Assembly (NCBI GenBank): GCA_964650375.1 | Contig: CAZYTB010000001.1 | Span: forward strand, 2,052-60,519 | DNA: 58,468 nt | Direction: 5' to 3' | Source of the DNA: an uncultured Campylobacterales bacterium | GTDB lineage: Bacteria > Campylobacterota > Campylobacteria > Campylobacterales > Sulfurospirillaceae | Part shown: piece by piece, positions 51,683 to 58,468 of the stretch | Layout of the letters: the number at the start of each line of letters is the position of its first letter | Numbering within the stretch: position 1 is the stretch's first letter | Notes under the pieces: model-generated | What the model was told of the DNA's origin: nothing | What the model saw: only the letters and a program-made list of their open reading frames with translations | Databases searched by the model: none | Program-made: the position numbers and the translations under genes

Positions 51683-51948
51683 ATTTTCTCCTTTTTTGTA
51701 AATTTATTATCAACATTTTCGATACCATATTTCCACTGAAGCAGTTCATTTTCAATTCTTTGCTCTTGTTCTACTGTAAAAAAACTGACTCTATTGGTTG
51801 CACAAAATTTTATAAACTCTTTATATGGTAAAAGCAACTCTGCATAAATAGATGGGTCATCTATCGCAAAATAAAACTCTACAAACCCATCATCTCTAGT
51901 ATTTAGGACTTGTACATATTTTTTTAAGCCGTTCATTAATTCTCCCAT
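51679..51948 (-). CDS. dmpK: Phenol hydroxylase assembly subunit (P0)
   Basis: FVEFYFAIDDPSIYAELLLP..F..FC..N.V; AAGGAGG RBS. Confidence 0.9.
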   Translation of the reverse strand: MGELMNGLKKYVQVLNTRDDGFVEFYFAIDDPSIYAELLLPYKEFIKFCATNRVSFFTVEQEQRIENELLQWKYGIENVDNKFTKKEKM

Positions 51949-52105
51949 TCATACCTCCTTATAAATTGTAAAAATTATATATAAAATTAATCGCATTTTA
52001 TTCGCATTTATTATAAATACATAATTTTTACATAAATATAAAAAAGCGATTAAAAAACGATTTTTTTGTGTAAAAATTGCATAAATCAAAAATAAGGAGT
52101 AAAAC
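51949..52105. promoter_or_regulatory. Divergent promoter region with mirror-image direct-repeat pairs
   Basis: TCGCATTT at 51991 and 52002; AAAAGCGA/AAAAACGA at 52042 and 52053; minus-strand TATAAT at 51974-51979. Confidence 0.7.
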
Positions 52106-53596
52106 ATGTCTTTAATGAAAAGAGAAGATTGGTACGATTTAACCAGAACAACAAACTGGTCGCCCAAGTATGTGAGTGAGGATGAATTGTTTCCAGAAGA
52201 GATGAGCGGAGCTAGAGGTATCCCTATGGAAGCTTGGGAAGATTATGATGAGCCTTATAAAGTAACATATCCAGAGTATGTTGAAACTCAAAGAGAGAAA
52301 GATGCTGGGATTTATTCTGTAAAAGCTGCACTTTCTAGATCAAAATTTATGGACAATGTAGATCCAGGCTGGGAAGCTACAATGCAAGCACATTATGGCG
52401 CTGTAGCCTTAGCAGAGTATGCTGCAAGTCTTGCAGAGACTAGAATGGCAAGATTTGCTAAAGCCCCAGGAAACAGAAATATGGCTACTTTTGGCATGTT
52501 AGATGAAAATAGACATGGTCAGCATCAGCTTTATTTTCCACATACTTATGTTGAGAGGTCAAGACAATGGGATTGGGCTTTAAAAGCAAATCATACAAAT
52601 GAGTGGGCTGCAGTAGCAGGTAAAAACTTTTTTGATGATATTATGATGACTAGAGACGCTGTTGCAACATCTATCATGCTTACATTCTCTTTTGAGACAG
52701 GTTTTACAAATATGCAATTTTTAGGACTTGCATCTGACGCAGCTGAGACTGGAGATCATACATTTGCATCTCTTATCTCAAGTATTCAAACAGATGAGTC
52801 ACGACATGCTCAACAAGGTGGACCAAGCCTAAAAATTCTTGTAGCTAACGGTAAGAAAAAAGAAGCACAAGAGTTGGTTGATTTATCTATTTGGAAAGCT
52901 TGGAGATTGTTCTCAGTTCTTACTGGTCCTATTATGGATTATTATACTCCACTTGAAGGTAGAAAACAATCATTTAAAGAGTTTATGGAAGAGTGGATTG
53001 TAGCTCAATTTGAGAGGCAACTTCTTGATATTGGACTAGACCTTCCATGGTATTGGGATGAGTTTATAGCAGACATAGCAGATAAACAGCATGGTATGCA
53101 TTTAGGTGTTTGGTATTGGAGGCCAACGGCATGGTGGAATCCAGCTGCTGGTGTAGGAAAAGCTGAGAGAGCTTGGCTAGAAGAAAAATATCCAGGATGG
53201 AATGATACTTATGGAAAATGTTGGGATGTTATCACGGACAATATTTTAAATGACAGAAAAGACTTAACACTACCTGAAACACTTCCAGTTATTTGCCACA
53301 CAGGATTTATACCACTAATTACTCCTCCAAACACAAAAAGAGCAGAGGGTAAGTTGGTTGATTATCAGCTTGAATATGAAGGAAGATTATATCACTTTAA
53401 CTCAGAAGTAGATAAATGGGCATTTGAAACAGATCCCCAAAGATATAAAGGTGTTATGACTGCAGTTGACCATTTTCTAGCTGGTCATATTAATCCACCT
53501 GATCTTGGTGGAGCACTGGCATGGATGGGTCTGGCTCCAGGTGAGATGGGTGACGATGCACATAATTATGCATGGGCTGAAGACTTTAGAAAATAA
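52106..53596 (+). CDS. touA: Toluene/o-xylene monooxygenase hydroxylase alpha subunit (TouA/TmoA)
   Basis: KREDWYDLTRTTNW N-terminus; E104, DENRH (E134/H137), FETGFTN (E197/T201), DESRH. Confidence 0.95.
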   Translation: MSLMKREDWYDLTRTTNWSPKYVSEDELFPEEMSGARGIPMEAWEDYDEPYKVTYPEYVETQREKDAGIYSVKAALSRSKFMDNVDPGWEATMQAHYGAVALAEYAASLAETRMARFAKAPGNRNMATFGMLDENRHGQHQLYFPHTYVERSRQWDWALKANHTNEWAAVAGKNFFDDIMMTRDAVATSIMLTFSFETGFTNMQFLGLASDAAETGDHTFASLISSIQTDESRHAQQGGPSLKILVANGKKKEAQELVDLSIWKAWRLFSVLTGPIMDYYTPLEGRKQSFKEFMEEWIVAQFERQLLDIGLDLPWYWDEFIADIADKQHGMHLGVWYWRPTAWWNPAAGVGKAERAWLEEKYPGWNDTYGKCWDVITDNILNDRKDLTLPETLPVICHTGFIPLITPPNTKRAEGKLVDYQLEYEGRLYHFNSEVDKWAFETDPQRYKGVMTAVDHFLAGHINPPDLGGALAWMGLAPGEMGDDAHNYAWAEDFRK

Positions 53597-53619
53597 AAAT
53601 AAAAATAAAAGGATAAAAA

Positions 53620-53874
53620 ATGGCATTATTTCCACTATTTTCACTGTTTGAAAATGATTTTGTAGTACAAGTATTACCGGTTGATACAGAAGATTCTATG
53701 GACGAAGTTGCAAAAAAATGTGCATATCATACAGTAGGAAGAAGACAAGTAGCCCAACCAGGTAGAGTGATGAGAGTAAAAAGGCATAGCAATGGAGAAT
53801 TATTTCCAAGAGACATGAAAGTTCAAGAGGCAGGCTTTATGCCTACAGAAACTATAGATGTTGTATATGAATAG
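53620..53874 (+). CDS. touB: Toluene monooxygenase gamma subunit (TouB/TmoB)
   Basis: FPL.S.FE.DFVVQ..PVDTEDSMDEVA..CAYH. Confidence 0.93.
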   Translation: MALFPLFSLFENDFVVQVLPVDTEDSMDEVAKKCAYHTVGRRQVAQPGRVMRVKRHSNGELFPRDMKVQEAGFMPTETIDVVYE

Positions 53875-53880
53875 GATTAG

Positions 53881-54228
53881 ATGATGGCTTTTGAAAAAAT
53901 ATGTACACTAGATGATGTCTGGGAAGGTGAAATGAAATCTTTCACTACTGCTGATGGGACAGAAGTTTTAGTCGTAGCTCATGAAGATGACAAAATAGTC
54001 ATCTTCCAAAACATGTGTCCTCATCAAGAGATACAACTAGGTCAAAAAGGGAAGCTTAACGAAGATGGAGTACTTACATGTACCGCCCATCTTTGGGAGT
54101 TTGACTCATGTACAGGTGCTGGATTAAACCCGACAGATTGCAAATTGGCTGTGTATCCGTCAAAAGTAGAGAACGAGGATGTTTATGTAGATATCGACGG
54201 AATAATTCCTGAAAAATCACATAGCTAA
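53881..54228 (+). CDS. touC: Toluene monooxygenase Rieske ferredoxin (TouC/TmoC)
   Basis: FEKICTLDDVWEGEM; CPHQ and CTAH Rieske ligands. Confidence 0.95.
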   Translation: MMAFEKICTLDDVWEGEMKSFTTADGTEVLVVAHEDDKIVIFQNMCPHQEIQLGQKGKLNEDGVLTCTAHLWEFDSCTGAGLNPTDCKLAVYPSKVENEDVYVDIDGIIPEKSHS

Positions 54229-54251
54229 TATAAAAATACGAAGGAAATTAA

Positions 54252-54560
54252 ATGTCAAATAATACAGATAAAGTTTACAACAATAATGTAGGACCAATAG
54301 TTAGAGCAGGCGATGTTGCACTTGCAGTTATAGAAGCGGCAGAAATCGATAATCCAGATAAAAAAATTGTGGTTAACGATCAAGTTGCTTATTATAGAAT
54401 TTCATGTGAACATGAGATGATTCTCAGAAGAAAAACCATAGAAGAGTGTCTAGGTAAACCTTTTGAGATGAGGGAGTTGGAGATAAATATGGCATCTTTT
54501 GCAGGTCAGATTATGGCAACAACTGACGATGTAAGATTTTACTTAGACGAAACAAAATAA
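54252..54560 (+). CDS. touD: Toluene monooxygenase effector (TouD/TmoD)
   Basis: [29 protein letters not shown]. Confidence 0.95.
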   Translation: MSNNTDKVYNNNVGPIVRAGDVALAVIEAAEIDNPDKKIVVNDQVAYYRISCEHEMILRRKTIEECLGKPFEMRELEINMASFAGQIMATTDDVRFYLDETK

Positions 54561-54572
54561 TAAGGAGATAAA

Positions 54573-55574
54573 ATGAGCGGAGAAGCACAAGCAGCAGAAT
54601 TTGCAGCACCATTAAAAACTTGGTCTTTAGCAAAAGGCGGCAGAAGAAAACCAAGTGAATATGATATAGTGTCAAGACATTTACACAACCATATGGATGA
54701 TCAAAAACAACCATTTCATTTTCCAAATATACCTATGTCAGATTGGTATATAAAGAACAGAAACAACAGTCCATTAAAGCATGATGATTGGGATTCTTTT
54801 ACAGATCCAGATAAATTAGTATATAGAACATATAATATCTTGCAAGATGGTCAAGAAACCTATATAAAGGGACTTTTTGATCAAATGAATGAAAGAGGTC
54901 ATGATGAAATGCTCTCAAGAGAACATGCAAAAGTTTTAGCAAGGCTTTATACTCCTGCTAGATATGCGTATCATACACTTCAACTTAGTTCAGCATACTT
55001 GCAACAAATGGCACCTTCAAGTACTATAACTAACTGTGCCACATATCAAACAGCAGATGAGCTACGAATACTAACTCATACTGCATATAGAACCAAAGAG
55101 CTTTCAAAAACTTTTCCTGACTTAGGTTTTGGTGAAAACGAAAGAGAACTTTGGGAAAATGATCCTGCTTGGCAAGGCATAAGAGAGTTAATGGAAAAAG
55201 CACTAGTAGCATGGGATTGGGCAGAAACATTTGTTGTGTTAAATCTTCTTGCCAAACCTGCTCTTGAAGAATCAATTCAAATTCAATTTGGAAACTATGC
55301 AAAAGATTCTAATGATACACTTTTAGGACTTTTGAGTCAATCTCAATACAATGATTCACTGCGTCATAGAAAATGGACATCAGCACTTGTTAAGATGGTT
55401 GAAGAAGTAGAAGGAAATAAAGAATATATGCAATCAATTATCACAAAGTGGCTACCACTTACAGATAAAGCAATAGAAGATTATTGCAATGCTATACCTG
55501 ATGCAGAAAATGCATCTAGCGAGGCTAAAGAAGCAGTTAGAACATACCTTGGTTCATTAGGATTTACAGCTTAA
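54573..55574 (+). CDS. touE: Toluene monooxygenase beta subunit (TouE/TmoE)
   Basis: PLKTWS, RRKPSEYDIVSR, DPDKLVYRTYN..QDGQE, WQGIRELMEK. Confidence 0.95.
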   Translation: MSGEAQAAEFAAPLKTWSLAKGGRRKPSEYDIVSRHLHNHMDDQKQPFHFPNIPMSDWYIKNRNNSPLKHDDWDSFTDPDKLVYRTYNILQDGQETYIKGLFDQMNERGHDEMLSREHAKVLARLYTPARYAYHTLQLSSAYLQQMAPSSTITNCATYQTADELRILTHTAYRTKELSKTFPDLGFGENERELWENDPAWQGIRELMEKALVAWDWAETFVVLNLLAKPALEESIQIQFGNYAKDSNDTLLGLLSQSQYNDSLRHRKWTSALVKMVEEVEGNKEYMQSIITKWLPLTDKAIEDYCNAIPDAENASSEAKEAVRTYLGSLGFTA

Positions 55575-55582
55575 TTCATTTA

Positions 55583-55662
55583 CATACTTAAGAAGGGAAC
55601 TTCTTTTCTTAAGTATGCTAAATTAGCCCTCTCTCTCCCACGGGGGGTTAATTTAGCATACT
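55583..55662 (+). other. Two overlapping long stem-loops between touE and the ADH gene
   Basis: CATACTTAAGAA/TTCTTAAGTATG (55583-55617) and AGTATGCTAAATTA/TAATTTAGCATACT (55612-55662) share AGTATG. Confidence 0.7.
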
Positions 55663-55684
55663 ACAAAAAACAAAAGGAAGATTA

Positions 55685-56749
55685 ATGAAAACAGCGATTT
55701 ACTATGGACCAAAAGACATACGATGCGGGAAGAAAGAATCTCCTAAGATTTCAGACAAGGATGATATAAAAGTAAAAGTTTTAGCAACATCTATGTGTGG
55801 ATCTGACTTACATCTTTATAGAGGCTCACTTGACCCTATCATGGAAAAAGGTGTGTCTCAAACAGGGCATGAACTATGTGGTGAAGTTTTGGAAGTAGGA
55901 TCAAATGTTTCAAAATTTAAAGCAGGAGATAGAGTTACCATGGCCTACTCTTGTTCTTGTGGAGATTGCTACATGTGTGATTGTGGACAAACAGCTCATT
56001 GCGAAACAACTCAAAAAGCAGTCTATGGTTTTGGTGTTCCTTTTGGAAACTTAAATGGAACGCACACCGAAGAGATGATCATCCCTCATGCACAGGGGCA
56101 TGCTATGATAGTACCTGATGGTATATCTGATGCTTCCGCTTTAACATTATCTTGCAATATGCCAACTGCCGTTATCGCAAATGAATTAACAGATATAAAA
56201 GTTGGTGAAAAAGTGGCGATTATAGGAGCAGGTCCGACAGGACTCATGTCACTAGATATCGCTCTTACAAAAACAGCTCCTTCAAATATACTAGTTATCG
56301 AACCAGTTACCCACAGAAGAGAAGTGGCCGCAAAAAAAGGCGTAAGCGTCATAGATCCAAATAGTGAAAATTTTAGAGCTGAAGCTCTTAAAATCCCTGG
56401 CGAGAGAGGATTTGATAAAATCATTGAGATGGTAGGGTTTAAAGAAACATTGCAAACTGCATTTGATTTGATAAGAGCAGGCGGTACCATAGCTGCACTT
56501 GGTGTATTTACTGATCAAGAATTTAATCTTGTCTTGGCTGATGTATTTTTAAGAGATATATCTTTACATATGAATGGTTTTGCCAATGTTCAGCCATACA
56601 TGAAAACCGCATTAAAATATATCCAAGATGGCATAGTAACACCTGATGAGTATTTTACACACGAATTTAAGCTTGATGATATAGATAAAGCATTTAAACT
56701 TTTTAATGAAAAAGAAGATAATTCTCTAAAAGTCCTGATAAAACCATAG
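55685..56749 (+). CDS. Zn-dependent medium-chain alcohol dehydrogenase
   Basis: CGSDLH, GHE, CGDCYMC-x7-C, GAGPTG. Confidence 0.93.
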   Translation: MKTAIYYGPKDIRCGKKESPKISDKDDIKVKVLATSMCGSDLHLYRGSLDPIMEKGVSQTGHELCGEVLEVGSNVSKFKAGDRVTMAYSCSCGDCYMCDCGQTAHCETTQKAVYGFGVPFGNLNGTHTEEMIIPHAQGHAMIVPDGISDASALTLSCNMPTAVIANELTDIKVGEKVAIIGAGPTGLMSLDIALTKTAPSNILVIEPVTHRREVAAKKGVSVIDPNSENFRAEALKIPGERGFDKIIEMVGFKETLQTAFDLIRAGGTIAALGVFTDQEFNLVLADVFLRDISLHMNGFANVQPYMKTALKYIQDGIVTPDEYFTHEFKLDDIDKAFKLFNEKEDNSLKVLIKP

Positions 56750-56759
56750 AAAGGTAAAG

Positions 56760-57713
56760 ATGAAGAATACAATATTTGATGTTATCATACTAGGTGCTGG
56801 TCCTGCTGGTATAGCTACCGCTTATGAAGCAGAACAGCTTGGTCTTAGAAAGATTTTAATATTGGAAAAAACTGAACATCATTCTCATACTATTAGAAAT
56901 TTTTATGAGGATGGAAAATCTATAGACAGAGACTGGGGAGGTTTTGAAGTTGAACTTTTAGGTAACATTGATTTTAAATTTATTAAAGAAAAAAAGCTGG
57001 ATTATTTTGAAGAAATTTTAAATAAATCTAAAATTATAGATGTTGTTTATAACAGCGAGGTTTATTTGATAGAGAAAAAAGACGACTTGTTTAGTATAGA
57101 GTCAAAATCAGGTTCGTACAGTGCTAAAAATGTAGTCATAGCAATTGGAAGAATGGCAAAACCTAAAAAACCAGATTATAGACTTCCCAGGAAGCTAGCA
57201 AAAAAAATCAATTTTGACCTCTCTAAAGCCACTTCCAATGAAAAGATACTAGTCGTAGGCGGAGGAGACAGTGCATCAGAATACGCAACATCATTGTCAA
57301 AAAATAATGATGTAACCATAACATACAGAAAAGAAAAATTTACAAGACCAAATCCGCTAAATCAACAAAAATTAAAAGAAAAATTTGAAAGTGAAGATTT
57401 AAAACATAAACTAGGTGTTGATATTAAAGAGATAGTAGATGAACATGGTCTTATAAAAATTGTATATACTGATGACTCAAGCGACACTTATGAAAGAATG
57501 ATATTCGCTCTTGGTGGAACTACTCCGATGGATTTTATCAAAAACAGTGGCATAAAAGTCGATGAATTGTCACAACCTATATTTAATGAAAACAATGAAA
57601 CTATAATAATAGGACTTTTTGTAGCTGGAGATATAGTGTTTCAAAATGGTGGAAGTATTTCAGTTGCATTTAATCAAGGATATAAAATAGCAAAATTCAT
57701 AACAAAAACTTAA
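56760..57713 (+). CDS. FqrB-like (TrxB-fold, no CxxC) FAD/NADPH flavodoxin/ferredoxin reductase
   Basis: GAGPAG, TIRNFYEDGKSID, IAIGRMAKPKKPDY, GGGDSA, YRKEKFTR, ALGGTTPMDF, VAGDI; matches recalled Cj0559/HP1164. Confidence 0.8.
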   Translation: MKNTIFDVIILGAGPAGIATAYEAEQLGLRKILILEKTEHHSHTIRNFYEDGKSIDRDWGGFEVELLGNIDFKFIKEKKLDYFEEILNKSKIIDVVYNSEVYLIEKKDDLFSIESKSGSYSAKNVVIAIGRMAKPKKPDYRLPRKLAKKINFDLSKATSNEKILVVGGGDSASEYATSLSKNNDVTITYRKEKFTRPNPLNQQKLKEKFESEDLKHKLGVDIKEIVDEHGLIKIVYTDDSSDTYERMIFALGGTTPMDFIKNSGIKVDELSQPIFNENNETIIIGLFVAGDIVFQNGGSISVAFNQGYKIAKFITKT

Positions 57714-57731
57714 ATTATTTAAAGGGAAAAA

Positions 57732-58468
57732 ATGAAAAAAAATGTACTAACTCGTAGAGAAGCTTTAAAAAAACTCGGAGCTGCAGTCATCGGGGGTATA
57801 GCAATAGCAGATACTGCAAGTGCGTCATCCACATCTAAAAGGATGGGTAAACCATTTAAAATTGGTTATGTAAGTCCAAAGACTGGTCCTCTGGCAATAT
57901 TTGCCGAGCCTGATCCATTTACACTTGCTCAAGTAAAAGAGGTTTTAAAAGATGGCATCACGATAGATGGAACAACACATCTGATTGAAATTATCTATAA
58001 AGATAGCCAATCTAGTTCAAACAGAGCATCAGAAGTAGCATCACAATTGATATTGAAAAATGAAGTTGATTTAGTCATTGCCGCAAGTACTCCTGATACA
58101 ACAAATCCGGTTGCTGACCAATGTGAACTAAATGGAGTGCCTTGTGTTACCACTGATACACCATGGCAACCGCACTTTTTTGGAAGAGGCGGAGATCCAA
58201 AAGTTGGATTTGAATGGACATACCATTTTTTCTGGGGATTAGAAGATGTTATTGGGTCATACACTAATCTTTGGGAACAAATACCCACAAATAAAACCGT
58301 AGGTGTTTTATTTCCAAATGATTCTGATGGAAATGCATGGGGAGATGCAAAGCATGGTTTTCCTCCAGTACTAAAGAAAAAGGGCTACAAGATGGTAGAT
58401 TTAGGAAGATATCATTCTCCAACTAGTGACTTTTCATCTTACATATATGAATTTAAAAAACAAGGTGT
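57732..58468 (+). CDS. Tat-exported ABC transporter substrate-binding protein (branched-chain amino acid/PBP1 type), truncated by window end
   Basis: MKKNVLTRREALK Tat motif, KIGYVSPKTGPLA, DSQS, TPDTTNPV, PWQP; frame open to the end of the window. Confidence 0.88.
   Translation, partial: MKKNVLTRREALKKLGAAVIGGIAIADTASASSTSKRMGKPFKIGYVSPKTGPLAIFAEPDPFTLAQVKEVLKDGITIDGTTHLIEIIYKDSQSSSNRASEVASQLILKNEVDLVIAASTPDTTNPVADQCELNGVPCVTTDTPWQPHFFGRGGDPKVGFEWTYHFFWGLEDVIGSYTNLWEQIPTNKTVGVLFPNDSDGNAWGDAKHGFPPVLKKKGYKMVDLGRYHSPTSDFSSYIYEFKKQG

Noticed and set aside
52067-52081. Sigma54 promoter (TGTGTAAAAATTGCA)
   Set aside because: Has the -12 TTGC but lacks the invariant -24 GG
56760-57713. Thioredoxin reductase trxB
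   Set aside because: No redox-active CxxC; motifs fit the FqrB-like subgroup
2823-58288. Numerous 60-163 aa ORFs antisense to or overlapping identified genes (e.g. 7036-7527, 50844-51215, 51949-52167, 56086-56490, 57995-58288)
   Set aside because: Shadow frames of well-supported genes with no recognisable motifs
1-58468. tRNA or rRNA genes
   Set aside because: No intergenic gap showed GC-rich cloverleaf or rRNA-like sequence by eye; tRNAscan-SE/Infernal not run

Overview
AT-rich bacterial chromosomal segment, almost certainly from a Campylobacterota (Epsilonproteobacteria) genome. The evidence is the Cj0539-Cj0546-like order DUF2018-ispB-hemA-proS-fxsA-hemC-ubiD, the hydABCDE cluster, xerH/difH, an FqrB-like reductase and TGnTATAAT promoters. 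The left 34 kb hold housekeeping genes, a TetR + cytoplasmic (group 2d-like) + membrane-bound (group 1b) [NiFe]-hydrogenase cluster, a DAB-type inorganic carbon pump with a PII-like protein, an AOR-family aldehyde:ferredoxin oxidoreductase with MoaD-like proteins, and xerH with a recognisable difH site (chromosome terminus). Immediately right of difH lies a ~24 kb aerobic aromatic catabolic region: a full dmp-type phenol hydroxylase + meta-cleavage operon on the minus strand, divergent from a toluene/o-xylene monooxygenase (touABCDE). The strongest candidate novelty is that this monooxygenase operon has no touF/tmoF reductase and instead carries a Zn alcohol dehydrogenase and a host-type FqrB-like NADPH flavoprotein. 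Both operons share a compact bidirectional promoter with mirror-image 11-bp-period repeats and no sigma54 site. Other oddities: a structured 95-bp unit duplicated at a hydrogenase start codon, an in-frame TAA in essential proS, a probable microhomology deletion in an ABM gene, and a fused sugar-ABC remnant at the left edge. All family calls come from motifs and recalled protein sequences; no database search was run.
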